Shown here: piece after piece, positions 1-11,878 of the stretch | Position numbering within the stretch: the stretch's first letter is position 1 | How the letters are laid out: each line of letters begins with the position of its first letter | Source of the DNA: Ruditapes philippinarum | Taxonomy: Eukaryota | DNA length: 64,000 nucleotides | Assembly (NCBI RefSeq): GCF_026571515.1 | Contig: NW_026858667.1 | Location: forward strand, 1-64,000 | Direction of reading: 5' to 3' | Notes under the pieces: generated by a model | Database searches by the model: none | Told to the model about the DNA's origin: nothing | Seen by the model: the letters and a program-made list of their open reading frames with translations, nothing else | Program-made: the position numbers and the translations under genes

Positions 1-1
1 A

Positions 2-509
2 TCTTATTATAACGAAGGCGAGATTAAAGTCGTTAAACGTGTTATAGATGTATTACTCAATGTTGAAGAGGAAACACATCGCAAACAAAAGACTAGCTGT
101 TTATGAAATTGGAGTAATTACTATGTATCAAGCTCAAGTTCATGAACTGAAACAGCACATTAAAAAAGACATGAAAATAAGCACAGTAGACGGGTTCCAG
201 GGACAGGAAAAGGATGTTATTGTAGTCAGCACCGTCAGAAGCAACGAGAAAAACTCACTTGGATTTTCAGATGATCCCAAAAGGCTTAATGTTATGTTTA
301 CTAGAGCTAAGAGAGGCCTTATTGTTATAGGTAATAAAACAACGCTGAAGGCTTCATCCATATGGGCAAAGTGGCTGCAAAATGCTCCTGTTCTTGACAC
401 AGACGTTATAATACCAGCCGGAGAACAACAAGTTCTAGTCAGAGAACAGCAAGATGAGATTCTTTATCAGCGAAAACCAATGAATAAGAAATCCAAACGG
501 AGGAAGTGA
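2..509 (+). CDS. C-terminal RecA2 (AAA_12-type) domain of a UPF1/DNA2/NAM7-family SF1 helicase (HELZ2-like); 5' part outside window; apparent +1 frameshift at ~60-105
   Basis: Frame +3 carries IGVITMYQAQV, STVDGFQGQEKDVIVVSTVRSN, LGF, RLNVMFTRAKRGLIVIGN (SF1B motifs). The upstream motif SYYNEGE..V..V is in frame +2 (nt 2-103), which stops at TGA 104-106. Confidence 0.85.
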
Positions 510-881
510 TCTTTTTATCAGCTAGGACCGATCTCTCACGTATACATATCTATGTATTGTATATCGTTCAACTATATGCGCCACGTTGATATGACCTGCC
601 CTTTTATGCTTTTATATTTGACATCAGGAGAATAAGTTGACTTCCGCTTCTAAGTAGATAAAACAAAGTTATTGATGAACCAGTGCTGTCCTTTTTTGAC
701 TATTTGTTATATACACCACATGTGGTCCAACGAAGTGGATATCACAATGACAACGAAATTATAAACTATCTTGAATGGTCACGCCTTCTGAACAAATTTA
801 AGATAATTCAGTTAGATGCACCCGATAACTCGAGAAACAACAGGGATCACGGAATTACATGATAAGATCTTTGATTTGCTT

Positions 882-920
882 AGAAGAAGAAGAGAAGGAG
901 GAGGAGGAGGAAGAGGAAGA
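882..920. repeat. (AGA/GGA)n purine microsatellite
   Basis: agaagaagaagagaaggaggaggaggaggaagaggaaga. Confidence 0.8.
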
Positions 921-3900
921 ATTCGAAATAAATATCCAATGAAGAGTTTATTTATACTATATGATATACTAAATTTTATGATGGTAAAAATTTCAAATTT
1001 TAACTTGTTTTGCTAATGCTCCGTTTGTTCAAGGGTCTGCTTCACGGAAAATATTCGAGATCATGTATTTGGAAACAGCGAGAATTCTTCCTAGATGTTT
1101 ATTTGCAAAGCTCTTCATATGAAATACATGTATAACCCTCAGGTCGAAAGAAAAGACATTGCATACATTATGGTCTTTCTTTTAAATGAATGCAATGTAA
1201 ATCAAATTATCCATATTTTTGACGCGGAAATTTTGTTGATTTCACATTACCACCCGATTTCAGGATTACAAAGGAAAAAATAGCCAAGGCAAAGGATCGT
1301 ACGTCCAAAGAAGTGCGTATTTTATAAGAAAGGGCATTCGTGTAAAGTCTGCAGCGCATAAATATTTAAGATCGTGAAAATAGATAAATATCAAAGAGCA
1401 AGAAAGATAATAAAAAAAAAACCACAAGATAAAGAAATGTTAGTGAAGTATAAGATATGTTCATACAGGCTTCAGACATTTCTATTATGTGCGATACTAA
1501 ATCAAATCACACACCAAACAAATCATACGTCAGTTTACATTCAGTCCATATTTCGCTACTGTGTTAATCAAGACAATAGTTATTGCAAACATATGAATTG
1601 ATGGAAATACTCGATGTAAATTTATGATTAAACATCTTTCACGAAGAAATATAGTAGAAATCAACGTGAAACAGTTTGCATTTCGGGAATTATAGACACA
1701 AAACGACGTGTGTGACAGTTAACATTTCCTTTGAGTATTTCGAAACATCAAAAGAAATTATTCATATAAAATTCTTCATAATTCCTGACATTTCCATACC
1801 AATGAATTTTTTTTCTTACCTGAAGACGCTTTATTTCGCACATTCTCTCTCTAATGATGAAGATCTTGTAATGAAGTTTTCACCGATTAAGAACATGCAA
1901 CAATACAATCGGATACTTATTAGACACATAAATGGACGATATACTGCCAAAATACAGTGGGAAGATTGTCGTAACAAGCAGATAAGTCGAATTAAAAACG
2001 ATCAAGATCTTCTTCACAATTATGGAAATAACATACAATCAGGGGTAGAAAGTAAGCGTAGAGAAAATTACTCAGAAATTAGTCACTTATATAGACCACA
2101 CATCAGTCTCCACCACATTGTCATCAGATTGAAAGTATACTACTTTTCCATGATCCTGTGATAAAAACAGCATCCACAACCATATGTAGATATTGTATAT
2201 GACTGCGGTTTCAAGGCATAAAAAATATCTTTATTTGAATGATTGTTTGATGAATGTCCAATCACAGCTCAACGACTTGACCTCAATATTGCGGCATTTA
2301 GGTACTACAAATTTGCCTTCTGTATTCAATTTGATATTTAAAAAATCAAATGTTATCCAGACGATCGTGACCTTACACGATTTCCATGCTTATCAGATCA
2401 AAAACATAAATTCTTAAAATCCGTTCTTTCTGAAGCGAAGTACTCATTATTCAGATTGAACGCTGTAATTGTAAAACACCTAGGTCTACTCTACATCAGT
2501 GTGAAATAACAGAACTAGTAAGACAAGTGTTTTTTATCTCTACATAACAGTTGAGAGTATACAGTTTGATTTGACAGCTAACATCAAACCAGACTAACAG
2601 GCATAACTTTGAAATCAAACAATATAGTGTTATGCGAAATGATCAAGTCACATGCAGACAGCGATAAAATTGAAGTAACAAAAGTCCTGCGAATGCATCC
2701 GATGAAATGTATTTTCCACCAAAAGTGCCAAACCAAATAAACGGGAGTTCTGAAGAATCTACGTTGATATTTGACCTGTTTGATCCGTCACTGTCTGGGA
2801 AAAGATATGAACACATTTGCAAGTTACAAATTTGAGGGGAATAAAGATTTACCGGAATACATAATAATAGACTAGAGGAGATCTTACCAAGACATTCGAA
2901 GTAAAATTCGACATATAATGGCTGCTATAAACCGTAAATACATATATTTTTTATGCAGTGACTGTCAAGTTATGTTGATTTAGATTCCTTGGGCCAAGCT
3001 GCAACCGATATCTTTATCAAATTGTGTAAAGGAAATACGCGAGCTGATTGATGGTTTAATTGGCAGTATTTTTATATTGAGAAGCAATACCTTCTAGAAA
3101 AATAAAAACAATCGATTATGGGTGAATGGACTGACCTTGCTGATAACACTTTATTTCCAACTTCAATACGGCTTCATTACAGCCAATTTTATTTCGCTTA
3201 AGTTCTGGGTTCAAAGTATTTGTCAAGGTGTCTTAAACACTGTTTGCTCGTAAATTACACGCAGAAAGGTTACAGAAAGAGCATATCTGACAGGAACATA
3301 AGAAAAGCATCAGAAAAGTTTTTGGAAATTGATTAGCATAGATGTTCTTTGCATACTTGCTGTAGAAAGAGTATGTCACCAATAACTACCCGTTTATATA
3401 CACAAACACAGGTCCAATAGATGAAGATCAACTTACATCGTCTCATCTTCTATACGATCCCTATATACCCAGACGACAGAGAACCCACATCAAAATCTGT
3501 TTAATAGATTGAAGACTGCAACATTTCTGTTCAAGATAGAAATCCGAGTACCATTTGTCGCTGCAAGAGTTGCATAAATGTCCGGTATACATGGCGACAC
3601 TGTTACGGTTGTTGGCGTGGTTCTATTTACTGAAGAAGCGCTGGTCCTTATGCATTAAAATGACGTAATGTTGGTTACGTACATATTCGAGCGAGCTGTT
3701 TCTGATAACTTCGCGACAATTAAGCTATTTTCACTTGATTTAATTAAAGTAACACTTAAACACATATTTCACGTACATCCGCAAATATGTTTAAACTATT
3801 TGTTCATGTTTCGGTGCGTTACCTGTAAAAATCAGTTATTCATTGAAAATTCTTATCTACATTTAATTATGTATGTAATATTATGAAATAGTATCTTGAT

Positions 3901-4343
3901 TTGAAATTAGAACCTGTAAATTTCTATTTAATGATCAGAGACACTAAAAGAATTTTAAGTGAAAATTCAATCTATTCACAAAATGACTTGTAAAGATACC
4001 CGTGTTACTTCTCACAAGATTTCATTTTGCTTTCTTTTTTAACCATAATCGTATTAATGTGCTTAATTTTGCAAGCTATTTTACAAGACATTGTTCTAGT
4101 GTTTGTTGTTTCCATAATCAGATGTAGATGTACATTTATCAATTTTATCTATGTTGTTGAATTGTAATTATGGAAACACTAATAAGGAAATTGATATCAA
4201 TTTTGAGTGCATTGTTGTATAATTATGCATTGTTCGAGTTCAAATGCGCTTGAATATTACGTGTATTACAAAGCATTTGAACGATAAATCGTGCATTTTT
4301 ATACTACATGTATAATGTAAGAATATATCGATTCTAACATGCT

Positions 4344-5622
4344 AACAAGAGCACCGCTAGGCGGAGCATTATATGCCCGAAAGTGTTTTTTTTTAGTAAG
4401 GATGAAGCATTTGTAAGACATGTGACCCCAAAATCAAAAGGGGTCTTCTACCTTATATGGACAATCATCCTAAGAAGTTTGAATATTGTGGGCCAATTGG
4501 AACTTTAATTATGCTCTAGAAACTGTTTTCAGTATTAAGGTAAAAGTGACTTTGACCTTTGACCTTGTGACCCCAAAATCAATAGGGGTCTTCTACCCAA
4601 TATGGACAATCATCCTATGAAGTTTGAATATTGTGGGCCAAATGGAACTTACGTTATGCTCCGGAAACTGTTTTTGGTTTTAAGGTAATTGTGGCCTTGA
4701 CCTTTGACCTAGTGACCCCAAAATCAATAGGGGTCTTTTGCCCAATATGAACAATCATCCTATGAAGTTTGAATATTGTGGGCCAAATGGAACTTAAGTT
4801 ATGCTCCAGAAACTGTTTTCAGTTTTAAGGATATAGTGACCTTGACCCTTGACCTTTTGACCCCAAAATCAATAGGGGTCTTCTACCTAATATGGACAAT
4901 CATCCTATGAAGTTTGAACACTGTGGGCCAAATGGAACTTAAGTTATGCTCCGGAAACTGTTTCCAGTATCAAGGTAATAGTGACCTTGACCTTTGACCT
5001 TGTGACCCCAAAATCAATAGGGGTCTTCTACCCAATATGGACAATCATCCTATGAAGTTTGAACATTGTGGGTCGAATGGAACTTAAGTTATGCTCCAGA
5101 AACTGTTTTCAGTTTTAAGGTCATAGTGACCTTTGACCTTTTGACCCCAAAATCAATAGGGGTCTTCAACCCAATATGGACAATCACCCTATGAAGTTTG
5201 AATATTGTGGGCCAAATGGAACTTACGTTATGCTCCGGAAACTGTTTTTGGTTTTAAGGAAATAGCGACCTTGACCTTTGACCTTGTGACCCCAAAATCA
5301 ATAGGGGGCTTCTACCTTATATGGACAATCATCCTATGAAGTTTGAACATTGTGGGTCGAATGGAACTTAAGTTGTGCTCCGGAAACTGTTTTCAGTTTT
5401 AAGGTCATAGTGACCTTGACCTTTGACCTTTTGACCCCAAAATCAATAGGGGTTTTCTACCCAATATGGACAATCATCCTATGAAGTTTGAACATTGTGG
5501 GCCAAATGGAACTTAAGTTATGCTCCGGAAACCAAATTGCTAACGGACGGACGTACGAACGGACAGACAGACAGACGGACGCCAGGGGGTATAACATAAT
5601 ATGCCCTTTCGGGCATATAAAA
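4344..5622 (-). mobile_element. Non-autonomous Helentron-type element (HINE/DINE-1/pearl-like) with ~8 x ~145-bp internal tandem repeats
   Basis: Subterminal IR TATATGCCCGAAAG (4370) / CTTTCGGGCATATA (5606); terminal palindrome TATGCCCTTTCGGGCATA; GACG/GACA microsatellite 5544-5582; end hairpin CCGCTAGGCGG next to AACAAG; A-run flanks and no TSD; repeats carry the GTGACCTTGACCTTTGACC core. Confidence 0.85.
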
Positions 5623-6024
5623 AAGAGAACTGGTAAACATATGCCGAATAACATTGAGCGTAGAAGTAATTGTCTGACGTCATTCGGTTTATATTTACGC
5701 CATACATCACGTAATTTATGACATGTAAACATTCGTTTTTTATGCTTTGCATATATCACTTGATATTGTCCTGTAGATTTGTTTGATAGGAGAATAATGT
5801 GAAGTGTGTTAGAATGTATGATATTTATTTTTAAATTTTATTGATAAAAACAAAATTACAATAAGCTGAAGATGTATTCAGGAATGTTTTTTGTAAATGG
5901 TGTATTTACTTAGTATTTGTGTGATATAAATATGATGTAATTTATCATATAATCATTTTATCAACTGATATGCTGTTATATTTACTGTAGAATAGAACGT
6001 AAAAAGATTGGTACCTTGTTACTC

Positions 6025-7216
6025 GCCAGTGACATTGACCATGAAGGTCAAACGAATAAATTTTGCTTGAGTTTTGCTACAATTGTCTATTACTTATTTA
6101 TGAGTGGATTTTCTTCATATTTGGGCACAACCACCCTAAGAGAACTGTCTTTAAAAAAATCGGACTAAGTTGACTTTGACTTATAGATTATTGTAATTTT
6201 ACAGTTTTTCTTGTGCTATAATTAATTGTCTATGACTTTGTAATAATAAATTATATTGTCATCATACATGTATACTACAATTGTTGCCTTGACACAAGTC
6301 ACCAAAGAAGATTTTATTGAACTTGACATTGACTTAGGTCAAAAATGGTGAATTTCGCTCCATTTGGCCATAACTTTGTTTGTTATTTATTTATGGATTG
6401 ATCAATACTTGGACAAGGGAATCCTTATGACAAAAACCGTTTGTTGAATAATCCAAATGTGATCTTTATTTGACACTGACTGTCAAGGTCAAATTATTGA
6501 AATTTGCTTTAATTGTCATAAATTTGATCTTAACTTACAGATTTGATTTTTAATTGCACCTAAAACACATATGACAAAACCGACACGTTGAATTTTTCCT
6601 GATATGACTTTGGCTTTAAATTGACCTTCCCTGTCAAGGTCAAATTATTGAACTTTGGTTTGATTGTCATAACTTTGTTATTTATTTACAGATTTGATTC
6701 ATTCTTGGACAAAGAGCACTTGTGACAAAACGGACATGTTGAATTATTCTGACATGACTTTGATCTTCATTTTGACTTTGAATGTCAATGTCAAATAATT
6801 GAAAATTTTCTTAATTTGTCATAATTTTGTTATCTATTTATGGATCTGATTCATTCTTGGACGAAATAACACTTATGAAAAAGTCGACATGTTGAATTAT
6901 TTATATATATATGACTGACTTAATTGACCTTGCACGAAAGTGTCATAACTATATATTATTGATTTATGGATTTGATTGATTCTTGGAGTGAACTTAAGGC
7001 CACTGATTACTTACTTAACTAACAGGATGAAACATGTCACCTTGACCTCTGAATGACTTTGATAAAAAAAATCAATATCAAATATGAAATTTGAATTTAA
7101 TTTGTTTAGAAAATTGCCGTCTTCAGGAGCGCTCTTCACTATAATATTTTGCCTCTATTTTTGAATTTAGAAATAAGAAAAAGTCAAGTGAGGCCCCGCT
7201 TGGCGGTGACTCTTGT
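6025..7216 (+). mobile_element. Old, diverged Helentron-type (HINE-like) element with degenerate tandem repeats
   Basis: Recurring GTCAAGGTCAAATTATTGA and GTCATAACTTTG motifs; ends in hairpin CCGCTTGGCGG followed by CTCTTGT (7196-7216). The 5' boundary is approximate. Confidence 0.55.
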
Positions 7217-8228
7217 ATGTCTCTATCGAGCTTCAGAAATTTTGTTTCTTTATATCGTTATACATTGTATTTTTTCTTTAACTTGAATCAGCAATTTTTG
7301 TTGTAGATAAAACAATTATTCTTTTAGGAAATTGTGAAATGTTTAACACTATTTAACCAGTATTTCTATTGCTGAGAATAAAATAAATGTTTAAAAATAC
7401 CATACGTGTGTACTAGTGTATGGACCGCTAAGCATACTTTCATAAAACTCAGCATGGTCCTTTACGAAATATATCATGGTTAGATCGTGTAATTACCCAC
7501 CGACTTTCCTGATCTGCAGGGCATAGTTACACCATGGGAGGAAGCAGGGAGGGCATTTAGGCCCAAGGGCGGTTGCAATCATGTCTTTGCTCACCAAAAT
7601 CTAGATCAACAAATGTCAAAGTTAAATTTTGCATCTATGAATGGCATTTAGTCTAAATTTCAAAGCTGTAGCTTAAAGAAAATGGGTCACATGGTTTAAG
7701 TTTTAACTATAATCATAAAAGGAAAATCCATGACCCTTAAAGTTGGGCCAAATTAGACCGCAGAGCTATAGCTTGAACAACCTTGGAAAGGCTCCTTAAG
7801 ACAATATGTTATACCAAATATATGTCAGATGAGAAATAGACAATTTAAGTTTACTTTATATATATACTTTATAAGGAACATTTATGACTCCGAGGTTGGG
7901 CCAGTTTAGAAACCAGGGCTATTATTTGAACAAAAATTGGTACAATATTCCATGCCAAATAATTAAGCTTTAGTCTTAATGGTTTTAGAGAAGAACTGTT
8001 TAAGTTAATTGTTACTACAACGAAAATCCACGACCCCCTACCGCCGGTATAAAACCAATTTAAACATAGGTTATACTTTGCACCATGAAAGCTGGAAGTT
8101 TATATTTGGCATGAAACATTGTTTAGTGAACCGCTACCAAGTTCAAATTATAGCCCTGGGGTCTAAATTAATCCCGCCCCAAGGGGTCATGGATTTTCTT
8201 TATTATATACCTTATATAATTATATAGT

Positions 8229-8865
8229 ACAAGAGGGTCATGATTGATGGTCCTGAGTCGCTCACCAGAAACAACTGCTTTTCAGTAAAAGATTAAAGAC
8301 TACCTAAAGAATGCTACAGACAAAAGTTTGATGATCATCCATCAATTAGTTCTGCAGGAAGAGACCTATTTCTTTTTTAAGTTTTAGCTGCCCCTAAAAG
8401 AGACCATTCAAATTAATATGAAAAAATTGATAAAAGACTACCTTAGAATGCTACAGACAAAGTTTGGTGATCATCCATCAATTATTTCAGTAGGAGATGA
8501 TGTTCAAAACTTTTTTTTCTATTTTTAGCTTCAGCCGCCCCTTAAAAGAACCAATCAAATTAATGTGAGCAAACTTGATAAAACACTACCTGAAAATACT
8601 ACCGACAAAATTTGGTGATCATCCATCAATTAGTCTGATGTTAAAAAGGTTTTTCTATTTTCATCTTCAGCGGCCCAAAAAAGGAGCCAATCAAATTAAT
8701 ATGAGCAAACCTGACAAAACACTGCATATATATATTTATAAGAATGCTAATGACAAAATTTGGTGATCATCCATCCATTAGTTCTGTAGAAGGTATTTCT
8801 ATTTTTAGCTTTAGCGGCCCCTAGAAGGGTCCAATAAAATTAATATGAGCAAACTTGACAATTTC
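8229..8865 (-). mobile_element. Truncated HINE-like element with ~140-150-bp repeats
   Basis: Starts ACAAGAGGGTCATG...GCTCACC; four copies of TTTG(G)TGATCATCCATC..TTA / CAAATTAATATGAG. Confidence 0.6.
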
Positions 8866-9740
8866 CTCTCAACAAGAAGGCTATGACGGCCCTGGAATGC
8901 TCTCCTGAGATACGTTGCAAGAAAAAGTCACACTTTTCAATATCAAAGTCGGTAAAAAGGTAAAATTGGGTTTGTAACTTTTCACCCAAGCTGCATTTTT
9001 TAGATATTATAATTTTCTACTTGTCTTCTGCACAATGCTTCATGACAATTATCTAAGTTTTAGCATAGTAATTTCACACAAGAAACTGTATGAAATGTGT
9101 ATCACTCGATACAAACTAAGTCACTATCAGGACGGGGCCAATTTTGGATGTTCACTAGGAAATGCCAAATAGCTGAGATCTTGGCATTTGTAGTTTCAAA
9201 ACAAGAACGTGTTTGTTAAACACAAATGCCCCCGGCTAAGATTCTTGTCAGTAGCAATATTTCAAAAAATGTTTACCCATTCACTCAGTTATGGACAGAA
9301 AAATTGCCAAAAAATTGTAAAAACAAATTATATAGCTTGACAAAGTCATAGCATTTTGTAATTGTGAAAAATATAAGTTGCCAAGTCATTGCTCTGACTT
9401 GTGAAGATGAAAAATATTCAACTTCATGCAAGTTATCTTCCTACCAAATATGAAATACATCTGTCATTAAATAAAGGCTGTATGGGCAAAAGTGTAAAAA
9501 TCTATTTTTAGCACTGGTGACCTTAACCAAACTCACCCCTAACTCTATCCAAAAGAAGAATACTATGTAAGTTATCTTCCTACCAAATATGAAATACATC
9601 TGTCAATAAATAAAGGCTGTATGGGCAAAAGTGTAAAAATCTATTTTTAGCACCTTAACCAAACTGACCCCTAACTCTATCCAAAAGAAGAATACCATGC
9701 AAGTTATCTTCCTACCAAATATGAAATACATCTGTCAATA

Positions 9741-10797
9741 AACAAGCATTTGATAGTATTGCGGGCAATACAGTAGTCCCCTACCGGTCCCTCAAAAAGT
9801 TCTTTAATTGTCATACACTCCTGTGTATTGCCATTTATAATGAATTTGAGGATGAAGTCTGTATTTGAAAATATCAACCACAAAACATAATAAAATAAGT
9901 TTGTCTATATCACAGTAATGTGTTAAGTTTCCATGCTTAGTAAGGAAATTATGTTTATACAACCTTGTCATATTATTACGATGTGGGATTTTAAAGTAAA
10001 TCCTATAAGGAATGAAGAAGTTGGAGTGAAAATACTAGTTTCTTGAAAAAAATCTAAGTTCAAGGGGGACATAATTCTAGAAATAGTCTTGCTAGAGTAT
10101 TTAACCTTCTCAAAAATATCTAGTGATAATAAGAAACATATATATGAAGTTTGAAGTAGATACATAAGGAAATAAAGAAGTTATTTAAAAAAGACAACAT
10201 TTTTTCCCCTAAAAAATCTAAGTTCAAGGGAGATAATACTGATATTTTTTGTGCTAGAGTTATAAACCTTGTCACATATGATGTGGTTGTTGACCAGAAA
10301 CTTATATTTAAAGTTTGAAGTAAACACCTTAAGAAAATAAGAACATATAGTGAAAAAGCTGAAAAATTTAAATCAGAAATCTTGAAATTCAGGCTTTTTG
10401 TTGCCATAGCAACCAGAATTTTCAACATAGGAAGAAAAGAAAAAGATGTGCATAATGTCCAGACTGCCATCGGGTACCCATATTTCAAGTTTCATAAAAA
10501 TATTTTCAGTACTTTTTGAGTTATCACTGGATCCAGTTTATGTGTTAAATTTGCCATATTTTCAGACTATTTGTTGCCATAGCAACCAGAATTTTCAACA
10601 TAGGAAGAAAAAAAAAGACGTGCATAATCTCCATACTGCCATCTATCCATATATCAAGTTTCATAAAAATATTTTCAGTACTTTTTGCGTTATCGCGGGA
10701 TCCAGTTTTGTGGACGGACGGACTGACAGACAGACGGACAGACAGACAGACGGACGGAGGGTAAACCTAAAGTCCCCTCTTTACCGGTAGGGGACTA
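9741..10797 (-). mobile_element. HINE-like element B nested in A
   Basis: Hairpin GTATTGCGGGCAATAC; subTIR TAGTCCCCTACCGGT (9774) / ACCGGTAGGGGACTA (10783); GGAC/AGAC microsatellite 10712-10758. Removing it restores the host repeat CTGTCAATAAATAAAGGCTG with no TSD. Confidence 0.85.
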
Positions 10798-11878
10798 ATA
10801 AAGGCTGTATGGGCAAAAGTGTAAAAATCTATTTTTAGCACTGGTGACCGTAACCCAACTGACCCCTTACTCCATCCAAAGGAAGAATACCATGCAAGTT
10901 ATCTTTCTACCAAATATGAAATACATCTGTCAATAAATAAAAGCTGTATTGGCAAAAGTGTAAAAATCTATTTTTAGCACAAGTGACCTTGACCCACTGA
11001 TCCCTACCCCAATCAAAATGATGACCATGCAAGTCATCTTCGTACCAAAGATAAAATATATCTGTCACTTAATAAAGGCTGTATGAGCAAATGTGTAAAA
11101 ATCTATTTTTAGCACTGGTGACATTGACCCAACTGACCACTAACTCCATCAAAGTTTATGTTTCTATCAATTATAAATAACATCTGTCTATAGAATAAGG
11201 TCAATACATCTGTAAAAATGTAAAAATATATTTTTAACATTGGTGACCTTGACATTGGTAACATTGACCTTGACCCAAATGACCCCTTACTACACCCAAA
11301 GAAGGAGGACCTCCCTTGGCATGTTTGTATTAAACTAAAACATCAACTAAAATATAAAGGCTGTATGAGCAAAAATGTTTATATTTATTTTTTAAACCAG
11401 TGACCTTGACCTTGACCCTAGAGACCGCTTACTCCACAAAAAATTAGAAGACCATCAAAGGTATCCACCTACAAAATATGAAAGATATCAATAAGGAAAT
11501 TAAGCAATAAGGAGAAATTTAAAATAAATCCAACTTGCCGAAATAGGTTAACCAGACAAGGCCTTAATTTCAAAGTGAAAAAAGGGAAATAACTGGGAAA
11601 TATGGATGACACAGTTATATAACTTGGCAATATCATGTACTTTGTATTGATAAGTAAGTGTGGAAATAATAAAGCCATTAGTATTGATAGAACTTAAGAT
11701 ACAAATGTATTTCCAACTTGCCGTTTTAGGTTAACCATTATTCATTTTCTAAGTGCTGAAAAGGGCAATAATTTGGTAAATATGAATGCCAGGGTTATGT
11801 GACTTGCCCAGATCAAGTACTTTGTATTGATTAGTAAGTGTGTAAACTTAGAAGCCATTGGTACAGGTAGAACTTAAG

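Noticed and set aside
5457-5759. ORFs over HINE ends (also 10120-10790, 11903-12196, 13140-13340, 13991-14185)
   Set aside because: Translations of microsatellite and tandem-repeat DNA (RTDRQTD, SVCLSV); no protein motifs.
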